Shown here in pieces: positions 57,893 through 64,000 of a stretch of DNA of 64,000 bases. Source of the stretch: a bacterium. GTDB lineage: Bacteria; SM23-31. The notes below the pieces were generated by a model. It had not been told where the DNA came from. It searched no databases and saw nothing but the letters and a program-made list of their open reading frames with translations. The first letter of the stretch is position 1. The number at the start of each line of letters is the position of its first letter. The translations under genes were made by a program, and so were the position numbers. The stretch is taken from assembly GCA_965249485.1 (NCBI GenBank), contig CBDFMG010000005.1:97337-161336 (forward strand), given 5' to 3'.

Positions 57893-59641
57893 TTGCTAAA
57901 AGAAGAGATTTCTAGTCCAACTGAGGAATTTATTGAGTCCATAAAGCAAAGCATAGCAGAACGGATAGATCCAAATGCCTCTACAGTAGAAATCGGAAAA
58001 GAGTTTCTAAAATGGGTTGTAACTAAATTGTTTGATGCGTCTGAAGACGATTTTGACCAACATTACACTGATGGTAAAAACGACCACGGAATAGACTTCT
58101 GGATACCAGATCCAAGTGACGAAGGCGAGGGCGGAGTGATTCAACTCTTCCAAATAAAATACGGTACATCACACAAACCAGAGTCCATTTACAAATTTAG
58201 AGATGATGTAGAAGAATTCTTCAAGATGAATCCAAACGATGTAGAAAGAGACGAACTGAAAGATGTTCTAAGAGAAAAGATGGAGAAAAAACTAGAGCCA
58301 GAGTTAATTTACGTAACCAACAACGACATAGACAACCTAGAGAAATTCAAGGGAATAACGGCAAAGGTATACGGCTTAAAACAAATTGAAGAAAAGTTAT
58401 GGGACAATTTATTCGGTAAACCAAAAGGTCAGGTTGCAAAGTTAAAGTTAGAAAAATGCATGACTTTCGATCATTCCGTAATGGGGGTGGTATCGCTTCA
58501 AGAACTAAGCAGATTTGTTAGAAATAACAAATCGTACATTTTTGAATCAAACATTAGAAAGTTTCTTGGGTCAAAGAAAACTAAGGTCAACAAACTGTTA
58601 CAAAAAACAATAAACAAAAACCCAGAAGATGTTTACAAGTACAATAACGGCATTACTCTTGTTGCTACTAAATTCAAAGACTTGGAAAACTTTGAGATAG
58701 AATTACATGAACCCCAGATAGTAAACGGAGCACAGACGGCGAACACTATCGCAACAGAACTTCAGTTTTATGATAATCGAATTGGAAGCGTACCGATAAT
58801 AATATTTCAAGAGGAAACTAAAGAGGTCAAAGACAAAATAACAAGATTTAGAAATTCTCAAAATGCAGTAAAAGGCAAGGACCTAATCTCTCTTGAAGCG
58901 ACACATAAAAACCTACACAGTCAGTTAAACAACATCGGTTATTATTACGAGTATCAAGCAGGAGGATGGCTTAGTCTACCAGACAAAGAAAAGAAGAAGT
59001 TTACAGGACATGAGACATACAACAAATACATTCTAGGAGAAAAAAAGAAACTTGACGTAAAAATAGACGCAAAAGATGCAATTCAAAGCATGGTGGCGGG
59101 AATTACACAGGAACCAACAAAACCCTACGGCAGTATTGCTAGGTATATGCCATCAGGAGCAAATTACGCCGATGTGTTCAACAGTGACCTAAAAGAAGAT
59201 TGGAGACTCTTTCTTTATCCATATCTTGTCAAGTGCTACTGCGTAAACAACTTCAAGTATGGTAAACAAGACCCAGATTTACCGGAACTGAAATACGCAA
59301 GACTGCTCTTCGTAACTGCATATTTTAGAATACTCAGCCAGTTCATTATCACGAAAGACGTTGACAAGATCAGAAAAGACCCAACAATATTGGAGCCATA
59401 CTTCAAAGATTTTGAGACAAATGAAAGACTCTTAAAATTCACCCATGAGATGATTAAACACTATGTTGCGACAGCACGACAATTCATGGAAGATCACAAA
59501 GAAAAGGTTACAACTTTGCATAACTTCTTTGCTAGATATGCATGGGATGAGTCACTTCAAAAGAATTTCATACATCACGTCATCGTCTACAAAGATGACC
59601 TAAAGAAAATTAAAGAAAGTTTCAAGAAAGAAAATAATTGA
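57893..59641 (+). CDS. AIPR-like / PD-(D/E)xK-like putative abortive-infection protein
   Basis: 582 aa. The N-terminus DGKNDHGIDFWIP...VIQLFQIKYG fits a D...(E/Q)xK nuclease-like core. The size and its position next to a methyltransferase and integrase resemble AIPR-family proteins. No search was run. Confidence 0.35.
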   Translation: MLKEEISSPTEEFIESIKQSIAERIDPNASTVEIGKEFLKWVVTKLFDASEDDFDQHYTDGKNDHGIDFWIPDPSDEGEGGVIQLFQIKYGTSHKPESIYKFRDDVEEFFKMNPNDVERDELKDVLREKMEKKLEPELIYVTNNDIDNLEKFKGITAKVYGLKQIEEKLWDNLFGKPKGQVAKLKLEKCMTFDHSVMGVVSLQELSRFVRNNKSYIFESNIRKFLGSKKTKVNKLLQKTINKNPEDVYKYNNGITLVATKFKDLENFEIELHEPQIVNGAQTANTIATELQFYDNRIGSVPIIIFQEETKEVKDKITRFRNSQNAVKGKDLISLEATHKNLHSQLNNIGYYYEYQAGGWLSLPDKEKKKFTGHETYNKYILGEKKKLDVKIDAKDAIQSMVAGITQEPTKPYGSIARYMPSGANYADVFNSDLKEDWRLFLYPYLVKCYCVNNFKYGKQDPDLPELKYARLLFVTAYFRILSQFIITKDVDKIRKDPTILEPYFKDFETNERLLKFTHEMIKHYVATARQFMEDHKEKVTTLHNFFARYAWDESLQKNFIHHVIVYKDDLKKIKESFKKENN

Positions 59642-60095
59642 GACTTGGGCATAATGATTTACAAAAATAATCTCAACGACACAGCATTCTCTTTACAATT
59701 CTTGGACTCTCACTTGTTTGCTCATGTTGCAAAAAACAAAACATACTAAGATCCTTAGCTTTTTTGATTGCAATAATTTGAGGAATGTAAGCAGATAAAA
59801 CAAATGAATGAAGAACGCAGTAAAGATTCGCAACTGCAAATTCAAGCTCGAGGTAGATTTTCTTTTCTAGTAGCCTTTACAAAATAAACCGAATTTAAAG
59901 ACACTAAATCTAACTGTGATTCTGAAAGCTTTTCTTTAATAATTGCTGAAGAAATTATTGCGTCTGAAATTTTTACACTGTTCAATCTTCGGGTGTTTTC
60001 ATATTTTTTATGCCTAAAAAATAGCAAATGTCCCTGAAGTTGAACAGCGTAAATGAAACAAAGAGATTTAAACTACAATACATCGCTATTATAAC

Positions 60096-61025
60096 ATGTC
60101 ACAGACTGTTGTTCCTATGAAGCCATTACATATATCATCAAAGGGTAGTATTGTCATTGGCAGTGTAGTAGATACTATAATTATGTCGCAAATATCCCTT
60201 AAGCCATTTGAAGTACCTGCACCAGTTAAAATAATTGATGGTAAACTACATGTCAATGAGAACGTATTAGAAAAAGATAGGATATATTCAGTAATGCACA
60301 ATAAACAAGAGTATTTTATTCGAAGACAAAAAGATGCTACTGAGATTTTTCAACTGAATGACTAATGTTTGGATCCATAAAGGCTTTTCTTGGACTAGGT
60401 TATTCAAAGAAAAAAATAGTTAATGTGATTAGGGTAGAAAGTGATGAATTTGAAATCTGTAAACCCAAATTAGTCAATACTCGAAAATATTTGTTCGGAG
60501 AAAAAAATCGATTAGTTCATTACAAGGACGATGAATATTTCACAGTGGATTTATAAGAATATGATTGAAGAAAGAGTTGACTTTACTACAGTAAGAGAAG
60601 ATTTTAGTGAATATGAAGTTGAAAATGGGGAAGTATTGAGAGTAAAAGCTGTCGTCACGGAAATAATCAATAAGACCGATGGCGACAAGGAAACAGGCGG
60701 TGATATTAGGTTTAGTACCATATCTAAAATATCTGCATCGGATCCAATTGATACAACTGATTTAGAATTAGAATCTGACCCCAACAAAGTAACTGAAAAA
60801 GATGAAGTAAAAGAATTGAAATTTAAAACTATAAAGGAAATTGTAAATATATACGAAACTGCAAACTCGTTAATTTTGGTAATTCCGTGTGTGACGAAAA
60901 TTGTTTTAACTAATAAAAAAGATCCGAACAATTTACCCCGTCTAAGATATTTACTAGTCACAGATGTTGCCGTTACAAGTAAAAAACCACTGCCAGTACA
61001 ACCCCTAAGTTTTAATTCCATATAG
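60096..61025 (+). CDS. Three overlapping small ORFs (89, 63 and 164 aa) forming a putative operon of unknown function
   Basis: Stop/start overlaps at 60365 and 60531-60556. No motifs. Confidence 0.3.
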
Positions 61026-61465
61026 AACGTAAAGAGAAAACTGATCACAAGAAAGAAAAGGATCTAACTTTACAGTGAGAGAAATTCAGAGAAAATCCCT
61101 AAGACTAAACAGTGTACTCAATCCTCTGATTTTCATCCATATTTCAGGTCTCTATAATGCAACAGAACCTTTATTTTTACACTGTTCAATCTTGGAGACA
61201 TTTGCTATTTTTTAGGAGCAAAAAATGTGAAAACACCCGAAGATTCAACAGTGTAGAAATTTTTACACTGTTACGTCTTAAGGGGCTTTCACCATTTTCA
61301 AACGACTGTTACATTCGAGGGCTGAGGTGTTACGTTAGGGGGCTACAGGTTTACTCCCAATATTGTAGACCAGTATTAGATGAGAATTTATCTAATTTGG
61401 AAATATGAACAACTTTGATCCCAGCGTAGTTAAAGTATTAAATAATACAAATCATAACATCATAT

Positions 61466-61609
61466 ATGAGCAAACGTGTTACAGTCATGATTGACGATGA
61501 CCTGGACAAAAAACTTAGGCATCTTCAAGCAAAAATGATTCATCAGAAACAATCAACATATAGTTATTCCAGAGCATTGAATGAAACCCTTCGTAAAGCT
61601 TTGAAATAA
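61466..61609 (+). CDS. Ribbon-helix-helix (CopG/Arc-like) small DNA-binding protein
   Basis: MSKRVTVMIDDDLDKKLRHLQAKM...SYSRALNETLRKALK shows a beta-strand followed by two-helix RHH pattern. Too short for the ORF track. Confidence 0.4.
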   Translation: MSKRVTVMIDDDLDKKLRHLQAKMIHQKQSTYSYSRALNETLRKALK

Positions 61610-62215
61610 TTATCCAGTCTTCTGAAATTAAATTTTGGAATGGAATGAAATTAAATTTTAAATAGCAAATTAGTGCAAGGCACGGGATCAGAAGAATAAA
61701 GAATAAAAATATAAACTACGATTATATCATTACAGAAATTGACTCCTGATTATCATTTAATGGCAACTGATCTCCTAAATGCAGGAATGGGTGATGAAGG
61801 TCGATTAAGATTCATCATTGATTGTATTGCTGAAAACAAACCGCTTTACAAAACAGATATGATGTTCTTAGAAACCATGAGCAACCAACTAGAGCAAAAA
61901 ATAAAGACACTCAAAGGAGATGACAAAAAGCAAAAAGAAACACATCCAAAGACATCGGTTTCTGAAGAACAACTTGGTGGAATAATAGATAAAAACGATC
62001 CAAAAAATACAGAAAAAATTATTCCTATAAGAAAAAAGAGATCCCTTTTTGCAAGAATCTTCTTTAGATAGGCTCTTTCAAAAGATCATTAGATCGCCAA
62101 CAATAAATCGATCGTACCATTACTAGTTGCAGAGTAAAAGACCTCCCCTGATCATACTCCCTCAAGACATGATCTTCCTATTGTTTTGGTCTTTTACTTT
62201 ATAATCACACGGTGT

Positions 62216-62362
62216 ATTCTGGTAAATTTTGGTGATCAACACACCCAGACATAGTTTTAGGATCTTCTCTGAATTAGAATTTTGCAACTTTGTGAGAATT
62301 TCATATGAGAACAAAGTCAAAGGGCGGTGCTGTAAACCCTGCTGTTAAATTCTGGTGATCCG
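62216..62362. mobile_element. MITE copy C, inverted and slightly shorter, abutting an IS5-family element
   Basis: Reverse complement of the 51821-51988 family. Its left flank (62197-62212 tttataatcacacggtg) is a partial type-1 repeat. Confidence 0.6.
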
Positions 62363-63438
62363 ATCGGGGTTGTCGCCAAATTCAACCAAATGATCTAATT
62401 TTGTAATTTTTCACGCATATTGATCAGGGAGGTATGGGTTCCCCAATGACTAACCATAAGAGACGTGATCAGTACTGGAAGTACTATCACGATGCCCACA
62501 CCCGAGAACTGGATTTTCTCACATCCCATATAGTTTCTTTGATTGTGGAGAATCCGTGTCCTGCACATGCCAAAAGGTCTGGCGCGGGACGCAAACCGGT
62601 ACACGACAAAAACAAGCTTGCATTTCTCTGCATACTCATGGTGTGCCTTGACTTTACATCCAGGGACATGGAGAATCTTGCAGCTCTGCTGAGGATGCCG
62701 TGGAACGAACCCCTGCCGGATCACAGCACCATTGCCAAGTTCATGCAGAAGATTCCGACTGCATGGCTTGAGGGCATCATTGCCTGCACGGCAGAATCAT
62801 GTCTTGCAGGGTTTGATGCCTCCTCCAAACTCAAGCTTGCATCAGACAGCACCGGCGTTGCTACTGGCAGATATTACATGGTGCAAAAAAACGTCAAAAA
62901 CAGGCACAAATCAGAGGTAAAACGTCAAAAGTATATCAAATGGCACGTGACTGCAGTACTGGGCCTGCAGGTCATACTCTCCTGCCGCATTACGGCCAGC
63001 AATGTGGCAGACACCACGGTTCTTGCATCCCTGATAGAGAAGATCAAAAAGACAGGCATTGCATTTTCTGGCAGCAGATTCAACGCAGACAAGGGATATG
63101 ATTCTGATGAGAACTTTAGGCTTGTCTTTGATGTCGGCATGACTCCAAACATAAAGCAGAGGAACAACGCCATAAGCAGCTCAAAACCATTTCGTAAAAG
63201 GGCGGCAGGACTGTTTGATGCAGATATCTACAAAAAACGTGGCATGATAGAGGGGATATTTGGAGCCGAGGAGACAGAGGGTCACCGGTTGCTGTGCAGG
63301 TTCAGAAAAAAGTCCACAAGAAGGCGGTTCGGACTGTGCAAGGCAATAGGATGGAACCTTGAGGTGTTAAACCGTCTAGAGTGTGCCGCAAGGCAGAATA
63401 TAGTGGTGGTGGCAGCTTGATGTGAATTTGGCGACAAC
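62363..63438 (+). mobile_element. IS5-family insertion sequence with 18-bp perfect TIRs, inserted into a MITE/palindrome
   Basis: TIR GGGGTTGTCGCCAAATTC / GAATTTGGCGACAACCCC. Flanked on both sides by GATCCGATC, a candidate target-site duplication. Encodes transposase 62434-63420. Confidence 0.65.
62434..63420 (+). CDS. IS5-family DDE transposase
   Basis: 328 aa. ...LASDSTGV... and NADKGYDSDEN (DxGYxS signature) with a downstream E. Confidence 0.65.
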   Translation: MGSPMTNHKRRDQYWKYYHDAHTRELDFLTSHIVSLIVENPCPAHAKRSGAGRKPVHDKNKLAFLCILMVCLDFTSRDMENLAALLRMPWNEPLPDHSTIAKFMQKIPTAWLEGIIACTAESCLAGFDASSKLKLASDSTGVATGRYYMVQKNVKNRHKSEVKRQKYIKWHVTAVLGLQVILSCRITASNVADTTVLASLIEKIKKTGIAFSGSRFNADKGYDSDENFRLVFDVGMTPNIKQRNNAISSSKPFRKRAAGLFDADIYKKRGMIEGIFGAEETEGHRLLCRFRKKSTRRRFGLCKAIGWNLEVLNRLECAARQNIVVVAA

Positions 63439-63504
63439 CCCGATCCGATCATCAGAATTTAACAGAACCCAGCATCAGTTGTAGAGAGCCTGCACCGCAA
63501 TAAA

Positions 63505-63975
63505 ATGAACACAAAAGATATGACTGCAGCCTGCGTGTTTTTGAGTGAATCCATAGGAAAGTCAAAGGCTGCTCGCTCTCTTGGAATATCTTCACAAACT
63601 CTAAAAAAATATCTTGGGTTTGCAGCAGTTCCAGAGAAGCTACGACAGTTTGTTCCAAAGGAGTTGTCACGTGATGATTGTACCAAATTATATCAAATAA
63701 TTTCAAATGTATCAAAGGCAGTCAAAGTTGCAGTGAAGTTAATTCCGCTGGACCAGAAACTCAGAAAAGAGTATCTTAGAGTATTGTCTCGTAGTCCAAA
63801 GTCATCACATCTAAAATTACTAAAAAAGGCAAAAAGTGGAATGCTCCAACGGAAAGTTATTATTCTATTGAATAAAGGAAATGCTAGAAAATTGAAGAGT
63901 TTAGCTGCAAGAAAAGATATTGAGGTAACTGAGATGGCAGTTAAGATTGTGTCTGATTATTTGAAGAGAAGGTAG
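63505..63975 (+). CDS. Hypothetical protein with a possible HTH
   Basis: KSKAARSLGISSQTLKKYL resembles a helix-turn-helix. 156 aa, Lys-rich C-terminus. Confidence 0.3.
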   Translation: MNTKDMTAACVFLSESIGKSKAARSLGISSQTLKKYLGFAAVPEKLRQFVPKELSRDDCTKLYQIISNVSKAVKVAVKLIPLDQKLRKEYLRVLSRSPKSSHLKLLKKAKSGMLQRKVIILLNKGNARKLKSLAARKDIEVTEMAVKIVSDYLKRR

Positions 63976-64000
63976 AATTTAGGCACAGAATATATGATTT

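Overview
This window is AT-rich, mosaic archaeal DNA. It most likely comes from a thaumarchaeon (Nitrososphaeria-like), judged from an archaeal-type TBP gene, a relic of the conserved eno-rps2-mvk cluster, a tRNA without encoded CCA, leaderless-style TATA boxes at about -25, and plastocyanin-like domains. That assignment is inferred, not searched. The window is dominated by mobile DNA: two ~95%-identical IS110-family copies, at least three IS5-family transposase genes or fragments, an IS605-type TnpB fused to a TBP fragment, a truncated tyrosine integrase, and four ~150-170-bp MITEs. It also carries two short dispersed repeat families, one with 8 copies and one with 4. A GC-richer block (~14.9-48.5 kb, roughly 45-50% GC against about 33% in flanking DNA) carries two things. 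The first is an 8-gene, tightly overlapping minus-strand operon (14928-28773) joining a HerA/FtsK/VirD4-superfamily ATPase, a FlaJ/TadC-like polytopic membrane protein, a 1017-aa surface protein and two large secreted proteins ending in staphylococcal-nuclease (thermonuclease) domains, one of which also has a cupredoxin domain. The second is a scattered type-IV-secretion-like gene set: VirB2-like, VirB3-like, VirB4/TrbE-like, two VirB6/TrbL-like paralogs and a VirB11/FlaI/GspE-like ATPase. Its genes are bracketed by the dispersed repeats and there is a tRNA in the middle. The AT-rich flanks hold a secreted-protein and metzincin cluster, a TIR-domain protein, a Phd/Doc-like toxin-antitoxin pair, an SPFH protein, a beta-class DNA methyltransferase next to the truncated integrase, an AIPR-like protein, and an eno'-rps2-'mvk housekeeping fragment cut at both ends by mobile elements. 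No CRISPR array and no rRNA were found. Coordinates of features not in the ORF track are hand-counted and may be off by 1-3 nt.
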